Positions 1-8,104 of a DNA stretch of 26,987 nt are shown one piece after another; positions within the stretch are counted from its first letter, which is position 1, and each line of letters opens with the position of its first letter. The stretch is from a virus (taxonomy: Duplodnaviria > Caudoviricetes). A program made the position numbers and the translations under genes. Below the pieces are notes generated by a model. It saw only the letters and a program-made list of their open reading frames with translations. It was not told where the DNA came from and did no database searches. The stretch spans positions 1 to 26,987 of IMG/VR virus record IMGVR_UViG_3300032281_000325; one strand, written 5' to 3'.

Positions 1-756
1 AATGATGATCATATCTTTATCGATAGTAATTTAGACATGGTTGAAAGTGCTATCAATTGGTTAGATTTGGATCCAGATCCAAATGCCGTGATGTATTATA
101 GCCATTGGCCTGAACAGATGCGCATGAGCAAATACTACAACGGTGAACTTACCAGTGATGGCGACTTTATCCGTTACGATTGGGAAACCTATGATGGTAT
201 TATGATGCTGAAAGCTGGTAGGCTTAAGAAGTATTGGGATCGTGACTACGGTAATGCACTGATGTTTAAAGTTGACTATCTGGGCGCACATCACGGATAT
301 GTATGTCCTGGACCAGTCTATGCCCCAACTAAAGAAATAGTCCGTCACTATGAAGGTTATAGTCATGTTAACGACAACATGGCACAGACCTTAGAAAATA
401 TCGTTCCGCCTATATTCATTCCACCGGGCTTCTTTGAGGGTGATCTTAAGATCGCTATAGGATTCTATGAACGTGATGACAGCTGGACTAATTTTAACCC
501 AGCCGCAGAATGGTTATATAATGCCAAAACTTCAGGTACAGACTACCGTTGGGTAGCGGAAGATATTCCCCTATTTTGGAAGAGTAGATTAGGTAAAGTT
601 ACACACAGTCCAGATTACGATCAACAGCTAAATTACCAAGCTCGTGATACCGCTATGTTGGTCTCTACCCGGGTTCCTATGAAGTGTTATAACATAGAAT
701 TTACCCACGAAAATCACCATCCAAAAGAGTTTTTTTCCAAGCACTTTTTAGCATAA
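1..756 (+). CDS. 5'-truncated hypothetical protein, possibly glycosyltransferase-like
   Basis: Frame 1 is open from base 1 (NDDHIFIDSNLD-MVESAI), so the gene starts before the window. The NDDH could be a DxD-type motif, but this is weak. Confidence 0.6.
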   Translation, partial: NDDHIFIDSNLDMVESAINWLDLDPDPNAVMYYSHWPEQMRMSKYYNGELTSDGDFIRYDWETYDGIMMLKAGRLKKYWDRDYGNALMFKVDYLGAHHGYVCPGPVYAPTKEIVRHYEGYSHVNDNMAQTLENIVPPIFIPPGFFEGDLKIAIGFYERDDSWTNFNPAAEWLYNAKTSGTDYRWVAEDIPLFWKSRLGKVTHSPDYDQQLNYQARDTAMLVSTRVPMKCYNIEFTHENHHPKEFFSKHFLA

Positions 757-761
757 TTTGG

Positions 762-790
762 TTGACTTTTTGGTTGTTTGAGTGTATAAT
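762..790 (+). promoter_or_regulatory. sigma70-type early promoter
   Basis: TTGACT (762-767), 17-bp spacer, TATAAT (785-790), upstream of the GGAG RBS and ATG at 825. Confidence 0.85.
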
Positions 791-824
791 GTTACACATA
801 GACAATAAGAAATGGAGCTAAAAT

Positions 825-1034
825 ATGTTTGAAACCTGTGTAAAACAACTGATAACAATTACCCTGGACAAGCCCGTGACTACGGAGTTCTATAATGGAA
901 CCCTGTTTGTCAGCACTATTACTGAAGACCAAGCCCGTAGGGTGTTCCATGCACTAAGCAAGAGCTTGGGTTTGGGTAAAGTCCAAGTGAGCCCCATTGG
1001 TGATACGGGCGAATTTGCCTATGATTTCGTGTAA
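825..1034 (+). CDS. small early hypothetical protein (69 aa)
   Basis: ORF with its own promoter and a GGAG RBS at 814-817. Confidence 0.8.
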   Translation: MFETCVKQLITITLDKPVTTEFYNGTLFVSTITEDQARRVFHALSKSLGLGKVQVSPIGDTGEFAYDFV

Positions 1035-1037
1035 TAA

Positions 1038-1050
1038 AATCAATGACTTA
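1038..1050 (+). promoter_or_regulatory. IHF-consensus site
   Basis: AATCAATGACTTA matches WATCAANNNNTTR exactly and lies 17 bp upstream of a -35 box. Confidence 0.5.
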
Positions 1051-1067
1051 CAAAGCCAAATTACCGG

Positions 1068-1096
1068 TTGACAACGGGCGATTTTGGTGCTATAAT
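1068..1096 (+). promoter_or_regulatory. perfect-consensus sigma70 early promoter with extended -10
   Basis: TTGACA (1068-1073), 17-bp spacer, TG at 1088-1089, TATAAT (1091-1096). A leader hairpin AAGCAG-ACCA-CTGCTT follows at 1112-1127. Confidence 0.9.
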
Positions 1097-1160
1097 ACTA
1101 CTATAATAAGAAAGCAGACCACTGCTTCACAAAGTTAAACTGACATAGGAGCAATAGACA

Positions 1161-2165
1161 ATGCAAGGTTTCGTAAAAATCAAGAACGGTAGTTACCGTA
1201 ATCAAGAAGTAAAAGATGAAGTGTTTCCACTCATCAAACAATTCCAATTAGGTTCAAAAGGTGGGTATATCACAGTAGACGGCACTGGTCGTTTTGGTAA
1301 AGACAAAATCCGTGTCACGGTAGCAACACCTACAGATTATGAATTGGTAGAAGACCCAGCGACGGCGGTTGAAGCTGTAGACCCAGCAACAGAAGAACAA
1401 CGTATCAGTGAAATCGCAGAACGTTTTGAAATCTTAGATGACATGACCAAGGCAGTATTAAACGGAGATATCCGTGCTATGATCGTAGCAGGACCTCCAG
1501 GTGTTGGTAAGTCATTTGGTATTGAAGCACAGTTAGAAAAAGCAAACCTCTTTGATCAGATCTCTGGCCGTAGAGTTAAATCGGAAATGATCAAAGGTAC
1601 GGCATCCGCATTAGGTATGTATAAGGCACTTTACAAGTATAGTGATAGTAATTCAGTTGTGGTATTTGACGACTGTGACAGCATTTTACTTGATGATGTA
1701 TGTCTTAACTTGCTTAAAGGCGCACTTGACTCAGGTAAAAAACGTAGGATCTCATGGTTAGCAGATAGCCATAGCCTACGCAACGAAGGTATTCCAGACC
1801 AGTTCGATTTCAAAGGCGGAGTTATCTTTATCACAAACTTAAAGTTTGATCAAATGAAATCGCAAAAAACACGTGATCACTTGGATGCTATCCAATCACG
1901 CTGTCACTATTTGGATCTGACTTTAGACACTATGCACGATAAGATCTTGCGTATCAAACAGATCGCTCGCACAGGTGTATTATTTGAAGACTATGACTTT
2001 GATCAAATCCAACAGGATGAAATCATTGACTTCATGGTCACTAACCAAAACAAGTTACGTGAAGTATCATTGCGTATGGCTATCAAGATCGCTCAGTTAC
2101 GCAAGAGCTTTCCGTTGAAATGGTCTGCGCTGGCTTCAACAACTTGTATGAAATCATCAGTTTAA
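1161..2165 (+). CDS. AAA+ ATPase
   Basis: Walker A GPPGVGKS, Walker B VVVFDDCD, sensor-1-like FITN, arginine-finger SRC motif. RBS TAGGAG at 1146-1151. Confidence 0.85.
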   Translation: MQGFVKIKNGSYRNQEVKDEVFPLIKQFQLGSKGGYITVDGTGRFGKDKIRVTVATPTDYELVEDPATAVEAVDPATEEQRISEIAERFEILDDMTKAVLNGDIRAMIVAGPPGVGKSFGIEAQLEKANLFDQISGRRVKSEMIKGTASALGMYKALYKYSDSNSVVVFDDCDSILLDDVCLNLLKGALDSGKKRRISWLADSHSLRNEGIPDQFDFKGGVIFITNLKFDQMKSQKTRDHLDAIQSRCHYLDLTLDTMHDKILRIKQIARTGVLFEDYDFDQIQQDEIIDFMVTNQNKLREVSLRMAIKIAQLRKSFPLKWSALASTTCMKSSV

Positions 2166-2176
2166 GGAGAAACAAT

Positions 2177-2347
2177 ATGTATGACAAATTTAGAACGTGG
2201 ATGTATATAAACTCAGTGCAGGTTACTTGGTTCCTAATAGGTTTATTTACAGCGTTTGGTATCCGAGATTTAGATATCAGTAATTGGGTTGGTGCTGGAC
2301 TTAATTTTGGTCTTGCCTATATCAATTATCTTTTAAGAAAGATCTAA
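2177..2347 (+). CDS. small membrane protein (56 aa, two hydrophobic segments)
   Basis: AAGGAG RBS at 2164-2169 favours ATG 2177 (MYDKFRTW) over the track start at 2120. Hydrophobic segments VTWFLIGLFTAFGI and WVGAGLNFGLAYINYLL. Confidence 0.75.
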   Translation: MYDKFRTWMYINSVQVTWFLIGLFTAFGIRDLDISNWVGAGLNFGLAYINYLLRKI

Positions 2348-2392
2348 TATCAAAACTGCGCGATCAGTATAAACTAAAAATTAAATATTTGT

Positions 2393-2472
2393 ATCAATTT
2401 CTATCGCACTTTTTATTGTCTAGCTCCTAGTGCGATAGCCTCAAAGCCCAAATAATATTTGGGCTTCTTTTT
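2393..2472 (+). ncRNA. candidate small regulatory RNA with anti-RBS loop (5' end approximate)
   Basis: TAAATA at 2382-2387, then a 10-bp perfect stem CTATCGCACT/AGTGCGATAG (2401-2410/2429-2438) around an 18-nt loop complementary to the upstream gene leaders, then an intrinsic terminator. Confidence 0.5.
2444..2472 (+). terminator. Rho-independent terminator
   Basis: Stem AAGCCCAAAT/ATTTGGGCTT (2444-2453/2457-2466) followed by CTTTTT. Confidence 0.85.
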
Positions 2473-2487
2473 GAGATATATATTAGT

Positions 2488-3054
2488 ATGTTAAAACCAT
2501 ATCATGAACTTGACTGCCCTAATCAGGAAATAATTTCTGCTAAGGTGTTAGAATACTTACAACCGTATCTAAATTCTTTACCAGATCAGGAAGTTGAATT
2601 ATGGCACAAATTAAACACCATTGAATTAGTAAGAGCAGTACCAGAATTAGTTTCTTGGTATAAAGATCTTAATTTGATAATAAAAGAATGTAGCATTACT
2701 GTAGTTAAAGAAAAGAAAAGCGTTGGGTTGCATATTGACGAATTGCCGGTGGTGGCTAAAATTAATTTTCCTATACTTAATACCGCTGGTAGTTATAATC
2801 TTTGGTATCATGTACCTGAAAATATCCTTAAAGAAATTCCTCAGATAACTAATCATTTTGGTAATAAATTTTACGATCTAGGCAAAGTAGATCTTAATTT
2901 CTGTGATGAAATAGGACGGATAGAATTAACTAAACCAATAGTTTTTAATTCCCAACTACCGCACGCTGTTGAGCTTGGTTCATCAGCAAAAGTGCCAAGA
3001 ATTGTATTAGCCTGTACATTTTTTAAAGAGCCAATTAATCTTTTAATGTCTTGA
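2488..3054 (+). CDS. putative 2OG-Fe(II) oxygenase / cupin-fold protein
   Basis: HxD...H metal triad pattern (GLHIDE ... LPHAV) and a distal Arg in PRIVL. Confidence 0.55.
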   Translation: MLKPYHELDCPNQEIISAKVLEYLQPYLNSLPDQEVELWHKLNTIELVRAVPELVSWYKDLNLIIKECSITVVKEKKSVGLHIDELPVVAKINFPILNTAGSYNLWYHVPENILKEIPQITNHFGNKFYDLGKVDLNFCDEIGRIELTKPIVFNSQLPHAVELGSSAKVPRIVLACTFFKEPINLLMS

Positions 3055-3079
3055 CAACCAATACTAACCATCGTATACT
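3051..3079 (+). promoter_or_regulatory. sigma70-type promoter for a leaderless transcript
   Basis: TTGACA (3051-3056), 17 bp, TATACT (3074-3079). The ATG is only 6 nt downstream and there is no SD sequence. Confidence 0.8.
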
Positions 3080-3085
3080 AATAGT

Positions 3086-4204
3086 ATGTTAACCTATCCT
3101 CACGTGGAAGACTATTTGGAATATCTCGCTGGCTATGATCCAGGTCTTATGGCTATAATATCTCCCACTACACCAGGTAGAATTAGCCTGGCACGCTATG
3201 ACATACAGATAGTTGATAGTATGGCCAATACCACAGCTTTTGGTACGGCATTAACTGATCGCCAAGCTGAACTAGCAGTTAAATTGATACTAAAATACCG
3301 CAGACAGTTTGCCAAATTGGGCATAGATGTTATGCCAGTTGATAATCCTGTGTTTCGTATGGCTCCACGTAAGATGGATCGTACTAAGAGCATTTGGATA
3401 GATGATGGCAGTATCCATGTTAAATTTCCTTATGATAATGTCCTGATCAAAGATTTGCAGACATTCCGTGAAACCAGTCAAGGCCGTGCTCACTACGATC
3501 GAAACAGCAAGGTATGGTATCTGGCCCTAACAGAATATAATATCAATTGGATAGTGCCATGGGGTAACACAAATGGATTTGAAGTTGATAACATGGTGCG
3601 TGAAATATTCTATCAGATACTTGAGTGCGAACAGCAACCTTTTGAGATTAAACTGGTCCAAGACAAGAAAGGTTATAAAATAATTAACGCACCTAATAGT
3701 CTAATAGAATATATCGATATCCATGCAGGCGGCTTTGGCTTAGATAATTTAGTTAAATTAATTGATCATGCTGGCCTATGTGGTTACATTATAGACGATG
3801 CTATTAATGTTCCTGACCCGGCGTTAAGATACATCGGCAGTAAGCACAGCATTCATTTACCACCAAGTCCAGAAAATCTAAATATGATATTTGATTATGC
3901 TGAAATAACTAACCGTTATCCTATTTGCATTTATAACCCTACACTGTTTGATATTGACCTATCAAGATTTGAAGAGGACGACATAGTACGATTTGATAGA
4001 AATGGTAAGACAAAGACTAGCGAATATGATCCATATCGTGTTAAAGTAGTATATGCTCAGAAGATTCCTGCGACCTGGGACTTTCCTGTACCCTTGTTGG
4101 TGACTACATTTGAGATGATGTTTGGTGGACGCAAGATGGACTGGACTCGTAGAGCAGAAAAAATTATCTACTACGGCACAACACAAATAAGAGAAACAAA
4201 TTAA
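3086..4204 (+). CDS. hypothetical protein with possible HARP-like domain
   Basis: 372-aa ORF with its own promoter. The segment VKFPYDNVLIKDL...YDRNSKVWYL resembles the HARP pattern. Confidence 0.7.
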   Translation: MLTYPHVEDYLEYLAGYDPGLMAIISPTTPGRISLARYDIQIVDSMANTTAFGTALTDRQAELAVKLILKYRRQFAKLGIDVMPVDNPVFRMAPRKMDRTKSIWIDDGSIHVKFPYDNVLIKDLQTFRETSQGRAHYDRNSKVWYLALTEYNINWIVPWGNTNGFEVDNMVREIFYQILECEQQPFEIKLVQDKKGYKIINAPNSLIEYIDIHAGGFGLDNLVKLIDHAGLCGYIIDDAINVPDPALRYIGSKHSIHLPPSPENLNMIFDYAEITNRYPICIYNPTLFDIDLSRFEEDDIVRFDRNGKTKTSEYDPYRVKVVYAQKIPATWDFPVPLLVTTFEMMFGGRKMDWTRRAEKIIYYGTTQIRETN

Positions 4205-4767
4205 TGCATTTGAGATTAAAAGATCCTAACAAAAAGATCATTATTAAGTCAGATGGATCATTATATAAATGGGCTAAAAGGTGGCATCACACACAAAAGA
4301 AATTTTTTGTTGAACCTATAAAAATTAGAAGAGAAAAACAAATAGAAGATTTTATCTTGCTTAACGGATTTACAAAAATCAAGTTTGAAATTGACTGTGA
4401 CGTATTTGTTGAATTTGATTCAGTTGAACGATGCCAACATAGTCAGGATGCTGACTTAACCGTAATAACTGACCAAAAATTTAGTCGTTATCCTTGTAAA
4501 ACATTAATTGAAAAGATAAGAGAACAAATAATTAAGTGTCCAAGATTATATCTATGTCTAAATAGCTGCTATATTAATATTGATAATAGTTATCATGACA
4601 AAACTCTTAACAATAATATCCATATAGCAATCACGCAGTGGTTAAAGACATCATTATCTGAACTTGATATCATTGATCTTAGTCTCGATTGTATAGAATA
4701 TGGTGAGAGTTTTACTTGGGTTATCCCCGATAAACATTACTATATAAAGACCAGGGCTATTCAATGA
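4204..4767 (+). CDS. hypothetical accessory protein
   Basis: 187-aa ORF coupled by a TAATG overlap. AT-rich. Confidence 0.7.
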   Translation: MHLRLKDPNKKIIIKSDGSLYKWAKRWHHTQKKFFVEPIKIRREKQIEDFILLNGFTKIKFEIDCDVFVEFDSVERCQHSQDADLTVITDQKFSRYPCKTLIEKIREQIIKCPRLYLCLNSCYINIDNSYHDKTLNNNIHIAITQWLKTSLSELDIIDLSLDCIEYGESFTWVIPDKHYYIKTRAIQ

Positions 4768-5459
4768 CTAAAATAGTTGAGGTCTTTAATCAAAGTTCAA
4801 TAAAATCAGATTGGAAAGTACAGTATGTAAGATATCGATTTGGAAGATTAAAACATCAATATTGGCTATGGAATCGCAAGCACACAGATCAAACTTTGAT
4901 AGATGCATACGACTATAAGATACTTAAAAATTGTCAACCCGGTGTTACAGCATTTTTTGCCAGCGCAGGATACTATCTTAAAGATATATATCCTGAGATT
5001 CGTGTGATAGAAATGCACCCTATAGTGAAGACATTTTATGCAGATCTTTACATTTGCGAGCATAGAAATAACCTTCCAGATGCTATACCCTTTAAGGTAG
5101 ACAATTTCGCTGTAGTAAATAATAGATCTGATCATTGGGTTGATGTTAACGGATTATCTAACCATCTTAAAAATTATTCTAAAATTATGAATCCGGGTTG
5201 TAGGGTATTTTATAGTTTTAGAGACACTCAGATATATGTCAATCGATTGACTACAGATATGGAACAACATTTTTTAGATTGGGCCAAGGATTTAGAGAAA
5301 ACTCATGATCTCAAACTAACATGGTATGACATAGACTTTCGAAAAAAGTCGCCTGATGCCAATGGACAGTATGATCAACTTGAAAATCCTGACTCAACTA
5401 ACGGTAATTTAAAATTTTGGTTTGTATACAAAGGAACGCCTTGGGCCATCCAGCAATGA
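4764..5459 (+). CDS. hypothetical protein, possibly degenerate SAM-methyltransferase fold
   Basis: ATGA overlap. KIMNPGCRVFYSF resembles the LKPGG motif, and FFASAGYY...RVIE could be motifs I/II (weak). Confidence 0.55.
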   Translation: MTKIVEVFNQSSIKSDWKVQYVRYRFGRLKHQYWLWNRKHTDQTLIDAYDYKILKNCQPGVTAFFASAGYYLKDIYPEIRVIEMHPIVKTFYADLYICEHRNNLPDAIPFKVDNFAVVNNRSDHWVDVNGLSNHLKNYSKIMNPGCRVFYSFRDTQIYVNRLTTDMEQHFLDWAKDLEKTHDLKLTWYDIDFRKKSPDANGQYDQLENPDSTNGNLKFWFVYKGTPWAIQQ

Positions 5460-5998
5460 TAATTTGTTATATGGGAGGAACCTGTGGTGATCTTCTTACT
5501 GCGTTGATTGATCCTAAAGATGCAGTTTTAGATAATACCAAGGTAATCTTAACCCCCGAACGTCAGAGATTTAAAAAGCCACATACATTTAATTCTAATA
5601 GAGAAAAAACTCAATATTTAAAAAATATATCTAAACAATATAATAGCATTCCCAGCCACGACATTGAATTTCATTTAAAGAAAAAACATCAATTTGTTGG
5701 TATCACTGTTGAGAAATTTGACACAGCACTATGGGCCGCTAAAAGATTTAAAAATATGCATCAAATCCACGTCTGGAAAGAAATGCAACAAGCCTGCGGG
5801 GGCAGTACCACAAAAGAATATGCTCAAATGATAATGAGTTGTAGCTATATGATTTTACAAAATACACAAAAGACTGTATCATTAGAAAGTATATTAGAAG
5901 GATACGCGATTGAAGAATTAAAACCATTTGTACCCAACATAGCCGGGGAAGAATTTTATCACATGTGGTTAAAGGCACAAAATTATGAGTTTAGCTAG
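5456..5998 (+). CDS. hypothetical protein, possibly sulfotransferase/P-loop-like
   Basis: The ATGA overlap at 5456-5459 gives the start MIICYMGGTCGDLL, an N-terminal strand plus Gly-rich loop. Function is weakly inferred. Confidence 0.6.
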   Translation: MIICYMGGTCGDLLTALIDPKDAVLDNTKVILTPERQRFKKPHTFNSNREKTQYLKNISKQYNSIPSHDIEFHLKKKHQFVGITVEKFDTALWAAKRFKNMHQIHVWKEMQQACGGSTTKEYAQMIMSCSYMILQNTQKTVSLESILEGYAIEELKPFVPNIAGEEFYHMWLKAQNYEFS

Positions 5999-7442
5999 AT
6001 TAATAATCAAAGATGAAGTTAATGTAAAGATAGAAGGTTTAGATTTACATGAACGCAAAGAACTTAGCAATATGTTTAAGTTTGAGATTCCCGGAGCACG
6101 TTACTTGCCAGCAGTACGTTTAGGACGTTGGGATGGCAAAGTAGCATTCTTCCAGCTTGGTGGCAGCACATATATTAATCTATTACCAGAAATAATCACC
6201 TACTTAGACAATCAAGGATACAGTTTAGAAGTAGAAGATCTACGTGAATATAAAACACAATATACCTTTGACGAAGTAGATGAAAACACGTTCAGTCATA
6301 TTACATGGCCAGCTAAACATCCAATGGCAGGACAGCCAATCGTTCTACGTGATTATCAAATTGAAATCATCAACAAATTCTTAGCCAATCCACAATGCCT
6401 ACAGGAAGTTGCTACAGGCGCAGGTAAAACATTAATCACAGCCGCATTAAGTTATAGCTGTGAACCACATGGTAGAACTATCGTCATCGTTCCAAACAAG
6501 AGTTTGGTCACACAAACAGAAGCAGACTACATCAACATGAGACTTGATGTTGGTGTGTATTTTGGAGACCGTAAAGAGTTTGGCAAGACGCATACTATCT
6601 GTACTTGGCAGAGCCTAAATATCTTACTCAAAGGATCACGTAATCATGAAGTGGATATCACCATCGGTGAGTTCCTACAAGATGTGGTCTGCGTTATGGT
6701 TGATGAAGTACATATGGCCAAGGCAGATGCGCTTAAAACACTGCTCACTGGTGTAATGGCACATATACCTATACGCTGGGGATTAACTGGCACGATACCT
6801 AAGGAAGACTACGAATTTGTCAGCCTAAAGTGTTCAATAGGTGATGTTATCGGCCGGTTAAGTGCTAGTGAATTACAAGAGCAGGGCGTACTTGCTAACT
6901 GTCATGTAAACGTCCTACAGTTAGTTGACCATGTAGAATATAAAGATTATCAAAGTGAGTTGCGATACTTGCTTGAAACAGAAGGCAGATTAAATTATAT
7001 CGCTCAATTAGTAGAGTCAATTCGTAAAACGGGCAATACGTTGGTGTTGGTAGATCGTATCGCTCCGGGGCGTGCTCTAATAGAAAAAATTAAAGATGCT
7101 GTATTCGTGTCAGGAGGCACTAAAGCAGATGATAGAAAAGAACAATATGACGACATTGCGACTATGGATGACAAGGTTATTGTTGCCACTTACGGTGTTG
7201 CTGCTGTTGGCATTAACATTCCTCGTATTTTTAATCTTGTGCTTGTTGAGCCTGGTAAGAGCTTTGTTAGGGTCATCCAAAGTATCGGGCGTGGCATCCG
7301 TAAAGCGGAAGACAAAGACTTCGTCCAAATCTGGGACATAACATCAACATGTAAGTTTGCCAAACGGCATTTAACTAAAAGAAAGCAATTTTACAAGGAG
7401 GCTAACTACCCATTCGTTGTTGAAAAGACCGACTGGCGATAA
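5985..7442 (+). CDS. uvsW: UvsW-like superfamily 2 DNA helicase
   Basis: Q-motif LRDYQ, Walker A ATGAGKT, DEVH, motif III GLTGT, motif VI QSIGRGIR, and a T4 UvsW-like N-terminus (WDGK). Confidence 0.9.
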   Translation: MSLARLIIKDEVNVKIEGLDLHERKELSNMFKFEIPGARYLPAVRLGRWDGKVAFFQLGGSTYINLLPEIITYLDNQGYSLEVEDLREYKTQYTFDEVDENTFSHITWPAKHPMAGQPIVLRDYQIEIINKFLANPQCLQEVATGAGKTLITAALSYSCEPHGRTIVIVPNKSLVTQTEADYINMRLDVGVYFGDRKEFGKTHTICTWQSLNILLKGSRNHEVDITIGEFLQDVVCVMVDEVHMAKADALKTLLTGVMAHIPIRWGLTGTIPKEDYEFVSLKCSIGDVIGRLSASELQEQGVLANCHVNVLQLVDHVEYKDYQSELRYLLETEGRLNYIAQLVESIRKTGNTLVLVDRIAPGRALIEKIKDAVFVSGGTKADDRKEQYDDIATMDDKVIVATYGVAAVGINIPRIFNLVLVEPGKSFVRVIQSIGRGIRKAEDKDFVQIWDITSTCKFAKRHLTKRKQFYKEANYPFVVEKTDWR

Positions 7443-7445
7443 GAT

Positions 7446-7946
7446 ATGTATATATTAACATTAGAAAACACAGCATACGAGATGAACGAGATCCCAGATG
7501 AAGTCGAAGATCTACGCTTCGCTATATTAGATAATAGCGATCCAAAGAATCCAGACTACTTCTTTATTCCATTGATCTTCTTAGAAAGTTTTAATAGCCC
7601 TGCGCTGGTATTACGTATAGGTGACAATTTAGTTAAAATGCCAGTCGATTGGCAGGTATTGATTGGAGAACAGGATTTTGGTGATTTAGAAGTTATACCG
7701 TTGACCAGTATCAATGATCGAGGATTTAGTGCTTTTACATTTAATCCATTAGACAGCTTTAAACCAGAATTCCATCCGATTGAGATAGTGGATATCTATC
7801 AAGATGTTAAATGGTATTTTCCAAAACTACGTCCAGGGCAGATGTTGGCTGTGCCTATCACTGAAGGCGAGCACCCGCTGTGTGCATATTTTGTTAAAGA
7901 TATATCAAGGCAAAGCGAAGTCGTGGACTATGGAAAAATATGGTAA
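7446..7946 (+). CDS. hypothetical beta-rich protein, possible degenerate Hint fold
   Basis: 166-aa ORF directly after uvsW. The pattern resembles Hint blocks without catalytic residues. Confidence 0.7.
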   Translation: MYILTLENTAYEMNEIPDEVEDLRFAILDNSDPKNPDYFFIPLIFLESFNSPALVLRIGDNLVKMPVDWQVLIGEQDFGDLEVIPLTSINDRGFSAFTFNPLDSFKPEFHPIEIVDIYQDVKWYFPKLRPGQMLAVPITEGEHPLCAYFVKDISRQSEVVDYGKIW

Positions 7947-8104
7947 AGAATAAGATTTGGCACATTTGGGCTAAAGCCCTTGGACAAAAAGAAGGACGCA
8001 CAGATGATGAAGCAGATCGTATCGCACTAATTCGTTCGATGATCGTGCTATTTTATATTATTACTAACCTGTTTATCATAGCAGGGGTTATCAGGCATTG
8101 GTAA
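7940..8104 (+). CDS. small membrane protein (54 aa), absent from the ORF track
   Basis: MVKNKIWHIWAKALGQKEGRTDDEADRIALIRSMIVLFYIITNLFIIAGVIRHW fills the gap exactly, has one C-terminal TM helix, and its TAA abuts the next ATG. Confidence 0.8.
   Translation: MVKNKIWHIWAKALGQKEGRTDDEADRIALIRSMIVLFYIITNLFIIAGVIRHW

Noticed and set aside
2348-2487. tRNA or riboswitch in the intergenic region
   Set aside because: No cloverleaf, T-loop or known aptamer consensus is visible. The structure is two simple hairpins.
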